Source of the DNA: an uncultured Nitrososphaerota archaeon
GTDB lineage: Archaea > Korarchaeota > Korarchaeia > Korarchaeales > Korarchaeaceae
Direction of reading: 5' to 3'
Assembly: GCA_964618805.1 (NCBI GenBank)
Contig: CAZUBM010000026.1
Span: 1 to 22,643, forward strand
DNA: 22,643 bases
The position numbers and the translations under genes were made by a program. Below the pieces are notes generated by a model. That model had not been told where the DNA came from. It saw only the letters and a program-made list of their open reading frames with translations, and made no database searches. Shown in pieces: positions 16,519-22,643 of this stretch (positions are counted from its first letter, which is position 1; every line of letters starts with the position of its first letter).

Positions 16519-16665
16519 TGGGCCCGGCGGGACTTGAACCCGCGACCTCCGGCTTTCTTAGGCTTCTTGGCTTCCCTAGATTGTCCGGAGCGCAGCCATA
16601 TAAGGCTTACGCGTTGGCTCATAGGAGCCGAACTCGGCGCTCCATCCAGGCTGAGCTACGGGCCC
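16519..16665 (-). tRNA. tRNA-Ile(TAT) with two introns (29/30: 16607-16634; 37/38: 16555-16598)
   Basis: Exons 16665-16635, 16606-16599 and 16554-16519 join to GGGCCCG TA GCTC AGCCTGGATG GAGC G CCGGC CT TAT AA GCCGG AGGTC GCGGG TTCAAGT CCCGC CGGGCCC A, a perfect cloverleaf with no encoded CCA. Intron 2 forms a strict BHB (CTTA/TAAG helix, GGCT/AGCC outer helix). Intron 1 forms a relaxed BHB (GCGC/GCGT, GTT/AAC). Confidence 0.88.
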
Positions 16666-16687
16666 ACCCTCTTGTGATGTCGGGTGC

Positions 16688-16702
16688 TATATTAAAAGTT
16701 TC
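16688..16702. promoter_or_regulatory. TATA element between the divergent tRNA-Ile and OB-fold genes
   Basis: Minus strand GAAAC-TTTTAATATA about 23-37 nt upstream of the tRNA 5' end. The same tract lies about 30 nt upstream of ATG 16727 on the + strand. Confidence 0.45.
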
Positions 16703-16726
16703 CATACTAATGATCTCTTAACAACA

Positions 16727-17236
16727 ATGTCTCGTTCTTACGGACCCGCGGTGAGAGTTAGAATAGAAGATATACTCAAAGGAGAGTTTGAAGAGACTAC
16801 TTTAGATGCAGCCAGGTTCCTAAGATTGCCGTCCATTCTCGGTGTTTCAAGTCTGGTCAGTCGAGTGAGGGTTCTGGGGATAGTCACCTACTCCACAGTA
16901 AGCGAGGATCGTAGGTATGGTAAAATAATCTTAGAGGATGGTACGGGAAGAATATCGCTCAGAGTATGGGAAGAGGACGTTGATCTAATATTAGATCCTG
17001 ATACAGGTGATCCATATGGTGTAGGTACGATTCTTGATGTAATAGCGAAGATAAGAGCGTATAAGGGGGAGAAATATCTTTACCCAACCTTAATCGTCAA
17101 ACTTGAGGACCCCAATTGGCTCATAGTTAGCAACCTAGAATTGATGAGACGCCGTCTAAAGTTTATAATAACGTTTTTGAGATCTTCTTCTGAAAAATTC
17201 AAGGCTACAGGGCTTGAAGAGGGCCAGAAACCCTGA
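16727..17236 (+). CDS. Single OB-fold nucleic-acid-binding protein (RPA2/RPA32-like)
   Basis: SRVRVLGIV...YG.I.LEDGTG.I.LRVW...G..LDVI.KIR.Y.GEKYL.P..I.KL.DPNW pattern. Confidence 0.75.
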   Translation: MSRSYGPAVRVRIEDILKGEFEETTLDAARFLRLPSILGVSSLVSRVRVLGIVTYSTVSEDRRYGKIILEDGTGRISLRVWEEDVDLILDPDTGDPYGVGTILDVIAKIRAYKGEKYLYPTLIVKLEDPNWLIVSNLELMRRRLKFIITFLRSSSEKFKATGLEEGQKP

Positions 17237-17311
17237 ATTAGGCGTTAAAATTCTGGAGGTATTTCGGAACCTTTTTAGACCTCCTTCGTTAGATGCAAAG
17301 GGATAGTCCGA

Positions 17312-17734
17312 ATGTCTTCGAGGGAAGAATATCTCAAAATGCTGGCTCATGCTAGGAAGAAGTTGCCTAAGATACTAATAACAGGGGAGAGATTCCACCC
17401 TCCCGATCCAGAGGTCATAATTGAAGGAGGTCAGACCCACATAGTCAACTTCAGGGAGATCGGTGAAACTCTTAGAAGGGACCTAAAGCTCATAGCTACC
17501 TTCTTATCCAAAAAACTGGGAACTCCTTACATGATAACTGAAAAGGAAAAGAAACTCGTTCTGACAGGAAGGGTAAGGCCTGAGCTGATAAAATCTAGGC
17601 TAGAAAGCTTCGTAAACACTTATGTCATATGTCCGGTCTGTCATAGACCAGACACGACACTAATAAAGTACAAGAGGAGCCTAATTCTAAAGTGTAATGC
17701 ATGTGGTGCGGAGACTCCTGTTCCAAAGATCTGA
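17312..17734 (+). CDS. eif2b: Translation initiation factor 2 subunit beta (aIF2beta)
   Basis: Y..ML..A...LP, ERF..P, T.I.NF..I...LRR, YVICPVCHRPDT.L....LKC.ACGA Zn ribbon. Confidence 0.95.
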   Translation: MSSREEYLKMLAHARKKLPKILITGERFHPPDPEVIIEGGQTHIVNFREIGETLRRDLKLIATFLSKKLGTPYMITEKEKKLVLTGRVRPELIKSRLESFVNTYVICPVCHRPDTTLIKYKRSLILKCNACGAETPVPKI

Positions 17735-17748
17735 AGGGAGGATAGTAG

Positions 17749-18084
17749 ATGAACTCGGAGGAAGAGGACTTTGAGGCAGAGATGGAGCAGCTACTTCCTG
17801 CTGATGAGGAGCTTGAGGTCTTTGCAAGGGTTATTGAGCCGCTAGGAAAAAGATGGTTCAGAGTGGAGTGCTCGGACGGAGTTGTCAGGATGGCCAGGGT
17901 TCGTGGGAAGCTGAGATCTAGAAGGCATTGGATAAAGAGGGGAGACATAGTGCTAATTAGCATCTGGCCATTTAAGAGAGACAGAGGAGACATAGCTGTT
18001 AGGTACAACCACCAACAGATAGCCTGGCTCATAAAGAAGGGCTTCATAGACAAGGATTGGGTGGCGGGAGAAGAGATGGCCTGA
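17749..18084 (+). CDS. eif1a: Translation initiation factor 1A (aIF1A)
   Basis: LP...EVFA.V...LG....V.C.DG..R.AR..GK......WI..GD.V....W.F....GDI..RY. Confidence 0.95.
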   Translation: MNSEEEDFEAEMEQLLPADEELEVFARVIEPLGKRWFRVECSDGVVRMARVRGKLRSRRHWIKRGDIVLISIWPFKRDRGDIAVRYNHQQIAWLIKKGFIDKDWVAGEEMA

Positions 18085-18881
18085 TGAACAGAGAGCTAGA
18101 CATAGATGAACTTGAGGAAAAAATGCACGAGCTTCTAGAAGAGCCTGAAAAAAAGAAAAGGGTAAAGGATTCTGAATATAGAAAAGTTAGACAACTAGTA
18201 TTCGATGAAATGACTGTTAGAATTCTTGTTAAGCTATTTAACAAGGGAGTTATAGAGGATTTCACTTGGATAGTTAGTACTGGAAAGGAGGCAGTCGTTT
18301 TGGCAGGAAAGGGTCCTGAAGGAGAGATTGCCCTAAAGATATACAAGATAGCGACGGCTAATTTCAAGAAATACCTCGAGTATATATCTTTTGATCATAG
18401 GTTCGTTCCAACAGGGGATAAGGCTAGGATAGTGCGAATATGGGCACAAAGGGAGTTTAGAAACCTAGCAAGAATGCACCAAGCTGGTGTTAGAGTTCCA
18501 AAACCAATAGAGGTTCAAGGAAACATTCTTGTAATGGAGTTTATAGGAGAGGGAGGGGAGCCCGCCCCTCTCCTAAGGGATGTCTATGATATGGATGATC
18601 CTGAGCTCTTCCTCTCTGAGATCTTGTCGGATGTTAGGAAGATATATTTGGAAGCAGAACTAGTTCACGGGGACCTTAGCGAGTATAACGTGATGTACTG
18701 GAAGTCAAAGCCTTGGATAATAGATGTTTCTCAAGCAGTTCCCTTAAATCATCCCCTTGCCCTAAGCATGCTGCGAAGGGATGTTGAAAACGTGACGTCC
18801 TTCTTTAAAAAAAGATTTGGTGTAAAGGTTCCTGATCCATATGAGTTTGTAGATGAACTTGTTTACGCTTCTCAAACTTGA
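18084..18881 (+). CDS. rio1: RIO1-type serine/threonine kinase/ATPase
   Basis: STGKEA.V, A.KIY, WA.REF.NL, VP.P, N.LVMEFIG, LVHGDLSEYNV, IIDVSQAV. The ATG overlaps the aIF1A stop (TGATG). Confidence 0.93.
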   Translation: MNRELDIDELEEKMHELLEEPEKKKRVKDSEYRKVRQLVFDEMTVRILVKLFNKGVIEDFTWIVSTGKEAVVLAGKGPEGEIALKIYKIATANFKKYLEYISFDHRFVPTGDKARIVRIWAQREFRNLARMHQAGVRVPKPIEVQGNILVMEFIGEGGEPAPLLRDVYDMDDPELFLSEILSDVRKIYLEAELVHGDLSEYNVMYWKSKPWIIDVSQAVPLNHPLALSMLRRDVENVTSFFKKRFGVKVPDPYEFVDELVYASQT

Positions 18882-18895
18882 AAGGAGGTCTTATC

Positions 18896-19456
18896 ATGAT
18901 AAGGATCCGCATCCCCAAAGAGAGGGTTGGAGCGCTCATTGGAAAGGAGGGATCGATAAAGAGCAGGATAGAAAGGCTGACAGGAGCTTCTCTAAAGATC
19001 GATAGCAAGACAGGAGAGATTGAAGTCTCATTTCCGAAGGGGGCTGAGGATCCATTAATCCCGATGAAGGTTGAAAGAGTGATTAGAGCTATAGGAAGGG
19101 GATTTAGCCCTGAGAAAGCCCTAGACTTGTTGTCTGATGATTACGTTCTTGAAATAATAGATTTAAGGGCTATATTTGGGGATAACAAGAACGCCATAAG
19201 GAGAATAAAGGGAAGGATCATAGGTGGGAGTGGAAAGGCGAGGCTTTACATAGAGAGAAGAACCGGGGCAAAGATATCTGTCTATGGCCACACCGTTGCA
19301 ATAATAGGGAGGTATTACAATGTGATCCCTGCAAAGGAGGCAATTATGGCTCTTATAGAAGGGAAGAGCCATGCTGCTGCCTATAGAAGGATGGAAAAGG
19401 AGATTTCACAGCTGAAGGAGGCTCAGTTTGCCGAAAAGAGGTTGTTAGGTGAGTGA
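18896..19456 (+). CDS. dim2: KH-domain pre-rRNA processing protein (Dim2/Pno1)
   Basis: IP..RVG.LIG..G, AIGRGFSPE.A..L, RIKGRIIG..GKAR..IE, G..H..AY. ATG 18896 follows a GGAGG SD. Confidence 0.92.
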   Translation: MIRIRIPKERVGALIGKEGSIKSRIERLTGASLKIDSKTGEIEVSFPKGAEDPLIPMKVERVIRAIGRGFSPEKALDLLSDDYVLEIIDLRAIFGDNKNAIRRIKGRIIGGSGKARLYIERRTGAKISVYGHTVAIIGRYYNVIPAKEAIMALIEGKSHAAAYRRMEKEISQLKEAQFAEKRLLGE

Positions 19457-21032
19457 TGAGGTGAAGGGAAAAATAACATCTGTTGATAGGGAGGAGCTAG
19501 AGGAGATAAGTCCAGCTGATTTCTTTTATAGGAACAAAGCTCTCGCAGGGTTCGATAATCCGGTTAAGGCAACTTACACGATAATTAGAGAGCTAGTTGA
19601 AAACGCTTTAGATGCTTGTGAGGAGGCAAGAAGATTACCAGAGGTATTGATAGTGCTGGAGAGGATCCAAGAGAAGGATTCATCCTCAAACGTCGAATCA
19701 GAAGTTCCAACAGAGCTCTATTCGCTTTCAGTGAGGGATAATGGAACAGGTTTATCCCCTGAGGAGATACCAAGGGCATTTGGCCAAGTTTTGGTGAGTT
19801 CTAAATACAAGCTGATACAGAGCAGAGGGACATTCGGGCTTGGAGGAACAATGGCCCTCCTCTATGGCCAGATCACTACTAATATGCCCTTTGAGATCAC
19901 ATCATCGACTGGCGGAAGGATCCACAAGATCACAATGAAAATAGACATACAAGCTAACAGACCAATAGTCCTAGGTGAACAGATCTTAGGAGCAAGTATT
20001 GAGCCATTTACAGAGGTAAAATTGCACTTCAGAGGGAGCTACTCGAGGGCAAAGCCGAAGATAATGGATTACCTGAAGCAAACCGCGATGATAACCCCAT
20101 ATGCCAACATAGAATTCAGGGATCCAGACGGGTCCTTCTACTTATTTGAAAGAAATGCCAGAGAACTCCCCTCATTACCAAAGGAATCCCTTCCACACCC
20201 AAAGGGAATAGATTTGGAGCTTCTACAGAGGATACTCAAGGGGACGAAGGCAAGAAGGCTTGCATCATTCCTTCAAACCGAGTTTCAGAAGGTTGGAAGG
20301 AAGACCGCCCTTGAGATACTGCAAAGGGCAAACCTTGATCCAACCTTAAAACCAAAGAAGCTAACTCAAGAACAGATTTCAGCTCTGTTTAGGGCCATGA
20401 CAAGCTATGAGAGGTTCCTTCCTCCAGATCCAAGCATACTTTCCCCTTTGGGCGAGAAGCTTCTCATGGCTGGTATAAAGAAGGAACTAAACCCAGAATT
20501 TGTCTGGGCAGTTAAAAGGCCTCCTTCTTCTGTTTGGGGTCATCCATTCCTTGTAGAAACAGCTATAGCCTATGGAGGGGACATAACGCCTACCGGAAAG
20601 GTCCAACTTTACAGGTTTGCCAACAGGATCCCCCTACTTTACGATGCATCCAGCGACGTCTCATATCTCGTTGCGAAAAGAATTAGCTGGGACGTATATG
20701 GCATTAAGTCCCTTGAGGAGGAGCCAATTGCCTTGTTCGTCCACGTAGTCTCAACCAAGATCCCATTCAAGACGGTTGGTAAGGAGTTTATAGCAAACGA
20801 ACCTGTTCTGGCAAAAGAAATTGAATTGGGCTGGAGGGAGTGCGGAAGAAGGCTTAAGGCTTATCTTTCCGGGAAAAACAGGGTTAAGAGGGCAATTAGC
20901 AGATATATCGCGTTTAAGAGGTACTATGATGTCATAGCCTCTTCTATCGAAGAGCTAACCGGAAAGAGGCCAGCTGTTGAGGAGCTGCTTCGGAAATTAA
21001 CTCCTGCAACTGTAGAGGAGGGGAGGTGTTGA
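19449..21032 (+). CDS. top6B: DNA topoisomerase VI subunit B
   Basis: ISPADFF..N...AGF, GHKL motifs RELVENALDA and DNGTG, SSKY...QSRG.FGLG, PHP.G, RFANRIPLLYD, STKIPF...GKE. Confidence 0.96.
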   Translation: MSDEVKGKITSVDREELEEISPADFFYRNKALAGFDNPVKATYTIIRELVENALDACEEARRLPEVLIVLERIQEKDSSSNVESEVPTELYSLSVRDNGTGLSPEEIPRAFGQVLVSSKYKLIQSRGTFGLGGTMALLYGQITTNMPFEITSSTGGRIHKITMKIDIQANRPIVLGEQILGASIEPFTEVKLHFRGSYSRAKPKIMDYLKQTAMITPYANIEFRDPDGSFYLFERNARELPSLPKESLPHPKGIDLELLQRILKGTKARRLASFLQTEFQKVGRKTALEILQRANLDPTLKPKKLTQEQISALFRAMTSYERFLPPDPSILSPLGEKLLMAGIKKELNPEFVWAVKRPPSSVWGHPFLVETAIAYGGDITPTGKVQLYRFANRIPLLYDASSDVSYLVAKRISWDVYGIKSLEEEPIALFVHVVSTKIPFKTVGKEFIANEPVLAKEIELGWRECGRRLKAYLSGKNRVKRAISRYIAFKRYYDVIASSIEELTGKRPAVEELLRKLTPATVEEGRC

Positions 21033-21035
21033 GAG

Positions 21036-22142
21036 TTGACGTATAAGAGACTTGAAGTTGAGAAGAAGATTCTAAAGATAGCTTCCAAGATAAACCAAGA
21101 TGTAGAACTCGGTAAGTTTCCCAAGCTGGAGTTTCCACCAAACTCAGCTTCAAACATAGCCTTTGAGGAAGACGTAGGGTATCTGTTCAAGCCAACATAC
21201 TACACAAGGGTTGACGGCAGCCACATAAAGAGCGTAAAGACGCTTGCAGGGTTGCTATATGGAATGAGTAGGGTCGTTGACCACCTGAAAAGCGGCCTCA
21301 CAATGACAAAGAGGGATTTCTATTACATGCATAAGGTTGAGAAGCTAAAGAACACCTTGTTCCCGAAGGATCAAGCTGAAACTGACTCTAGAATAGTTCA
21401 AATGGAGCTTCTCCTTGGAATGCCCAGAGAAGCCTTCTCCATAATAAGCGATCCAAGAGGGTGGATTTACGGAGACATTGAGCTTGTTGATGCGTCAGGC
21501 TACACTATAAGAGCCAATAGAATAGGAGAAATGGGATATTCCATTCCTCCAGACCCTGAGAACATAGAATTCAAGAGAATAGGCATTAAGGCAGTAGTAG
21601 CCATAGAGAAAGTTGGTCCTGCCAAAAACATGATTGAATTGAAGATTCCTGAGGAATACGGCTTAGGGATTGCAATTCTAAAGGGACAACCCTCAAGGAG
21701 CATGAGGAGGTTTCTTAGGATGCTATCTGAGCAGGGAGTGCCCATCGGAATACTAACGGACCTCTCACCTTGGTCAATAAGGATAGCAGCTACAGTCATA
21801 TATAACAGCATTAGTTCAGCTCACATTCCAGGGCTCGCAGTGCCAAACGCAGCGTTCCTCGGAATTGAGACTAGGGACATAGAGGAGGGGTTCTTCAAAG
21901 ATTACCAGCTTGCTCTTGAGGATCTTACCCCTCTCGACATAAAGGCAGCAAAGGACAACCTGAAACTCCCCAGTTTGCAGGGAGAATTCTGGCAAAGGGA
22001 GAACGAATGGTTCCTTAAGAGGAAGAAGAAGGCTGAATTGGAGATATTTAAGGCAATGTCTCCATCGGCCAAGCAGCTTAAGGAGCTTTTCGTCAAGTAC
22101 CTTAGGGAGAAGATAGAGGAGAAGCTAAAGGTAACGATATGA
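21036..22142 (+). CDS. top6A: DNA topoisomerase VI subunit A (Spo11-like)
   Basis: TKRDFYY (catalytic Tyr), Q.E.D, PRE.F.I...PRG..YG, VAIEK (TOPRIM Glu), KGQP...RRF, KAELE. Directly after top6B. TOPRIM DxD reads DLS. Confidence 0.93.
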   Translation: MTYKRLEVEKKILKIASKINQDVELGKFPKLEFPPNSASNIAFEEDVGYLFKPTYYTRVDGSHIKSVKTLAGLLYGMSRVVDHLKSGLTMTKRDFYYMHKVEKLKNTLFPKDQAETDSRIVQMELLLGMPREAFSIISDPRGWIYGDIELVDASGYTIRANRIGEMGYSIPPDPENIEFKRIGIKAVVAIEKVGPAKNMIELKIPEEYGLGIAILKGQPSRSMRRFLRMLSEQGVPIGILTDLSPWSIRIAATVIYNSISSAHIPGLAVPNAAFLGIETRDIEEGFFKDYQLALEDLTPLDIKAAKDNLKLPSLQGEFWQRENEWFLKRKKKAELEIFKAMSPSAKQLKELFVKYLREKIEEKLKVTI

Positions 22143-22263
22143 AATCCCTCTTTTCATAGGCTTCCTTCTCTCATTCCTACTGCACTCCTTCCATATGAAG
22201 GAACAAGCGCTGTTTTACGTAAAGGGACCACAAATGCTAGATTTGTGCGAAACACACCCCTTT

Positions 22264-22280
22264 GAAAATGCTTATATACT
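22264..22280 (+). promoter_or_regulatory. BRE/TATA promoter of the tRNA cluster
   Basis: GAAAATG-CTTATATA about 23-37 nt upstream of tRNA-Glu. Confidence 0.55.
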
Positions 22281-22300
22281 GCCTAAATCAAGCTAATGTT

Positions 22301-22378
22301 GCTCCGGTGGTGTAGTCCGGTCAAGCATAGGGGCCTTTCGAGCCCCAGACCCGGGTTCAAATCCCGGCCGGAGCACCA
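22301..22378 (+). tRNA. tRNA-Glu(TTC), CCA encoded
   Basis: GCTCCGG/CCGGAGC acceptor stem; GGGGC-CT TTC GA-GCCCC anticodon arm; GGTTCAAATCC T arm; ends ACCA. Confidence 0.96.
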
Positions 22379-22410
22379 ATTTTAATTAGGGTAAGAGGGT
22401 CTAAAGTTGT

Positions 22411-22530
22411 GCGGGGGTAGCCAAGCTAGGTCCAAATCTTTGGGATTCCCCTCAAAGATGACCAAAGGCGCTCGGTTCAGGGCCGAGTGGGCGTAGGCCC
22501 GCGCGGGTTCAAATCCCGCCCCCCGCACCA
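22411..22530 (+). tRNA. tRNA-Leu(CAG) with a 31-nt D-loop intron (21/22; 22435-22465), CCA encoded
   Basis: GCGGGGG/CCCCCGC acceptor stem; CTCGG-TT CAG GG-CCGAG; long variable arm GGGC-GTAG-GCCC. Intron BHB: GGTC/GACC helix, CA|A and AA|A bulges, ATCTTTG/CAAAGAT outer stem. Confidence 0.93.
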
Positions 22531-22589
22531 TAACCTTCATAAATTAGATCTAACAAAAGGGTTATGAAGCCGCATAGGTTATTTCTAGT

Positions 22590-22643
22590 AGCCCCGTGGT
22601 GTAGCGGCCAAGCACGCCGGGCTTTGGACCCGGCGACCCCGGT
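22590..22643 (+). tRNA. tRNA-Gln(TTG), truncated by the window end
   Basis: AGCCCCG TG GTGT AGCGGCCAA GCAC G CCGGG-CT TTG GA-CCCGG, followed by the start of the T arm. Confidence 0.92.

Noticed and set aside
12997-16519. Glycosylation cluster as an island integrated at the tRNA 3' end
   Set aside because: No integrase and no duplicated tRNA 3' end seen; the genes interlock with core neighbours.
16582-16594. CTCCGGA on the minus strand as an Arg(CCG) anticodon loop
   Set aside because: No BHB junctions place it in a paired anticodon stem, whereas the TAT reading gives a strict BHB and a perfect 5-bp stem.
16497-16721. ORF 16518-16721 (+) and the DUF354 extension to 16622
   Set aside because: Both overlap the tRNA gene. 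MGPAGLEPAT is the usual antisense-tRNA translation artefact.
582-22096. Antisense or shifted-frame ORFs (e.g. 582-821, 2203-2679, 7223-7780, 9025-9618, 17625-18053, 21500-21811)
   Set aside because: They overlap well-supported genes, are Ser/Leu/Phe-rich and carry no motifs; these are shadow ORFs.
22531-22589. Inverted repeat CTTCATAA/TTATGAAG between tRNA-Leu and tRNA-Gln
   Set aside because: Short AT-rich spacer pairing with no evidence of a separate RNA or element.
1-22643. CRISPR array, IS element or rRNA
   Set aside because: No regularly spaced repeats, transposase or rRNA-like sequence seen.

Overview
Archaeal chromosomal window made mostly of core genes. In order: UPF0147 (partial), an AbrB/VapC toxin-antitoxin pair, UPF0148 Zn-finger, a hypothetical gene, Hef helicase-nuclease, gcvH, a divergent RadA-like gene, carS, a RadB-like ATPase, a NAD-kinase-like gene, ftsZ with an upstream 45-aa ribbon-helix-helix gene (cdrS-like, missing from the ORF track), gcvPA/gcvPB, two divergent AglH/GPT-type phosphoglycosyl transferases around a ferredoxin, a small membrane protein, DUF354, an OB-fold protein, aIF2beta-aIF1A-Rio1-Dim2-top6B-top6A, and tRNA-Glu, tRNA-Leu (D-loop intron) and tRNA-Gln (partial). 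The most striking element is a minus-strand tRNA gene at 16519-16665 with two bulge-helix-bulge introns (29/30 and 37/38) around an 8-nt exon. Splicing by hand gives a tRNA-Ile with the rare UAU anticodon on a tRNA-Arg(UCU)-like body. The gene mix suggests a deep TACK, possibly Korarchaeia-like, archaeon; that is inference. All calls come from reading motifs by eye; no database searches were run.
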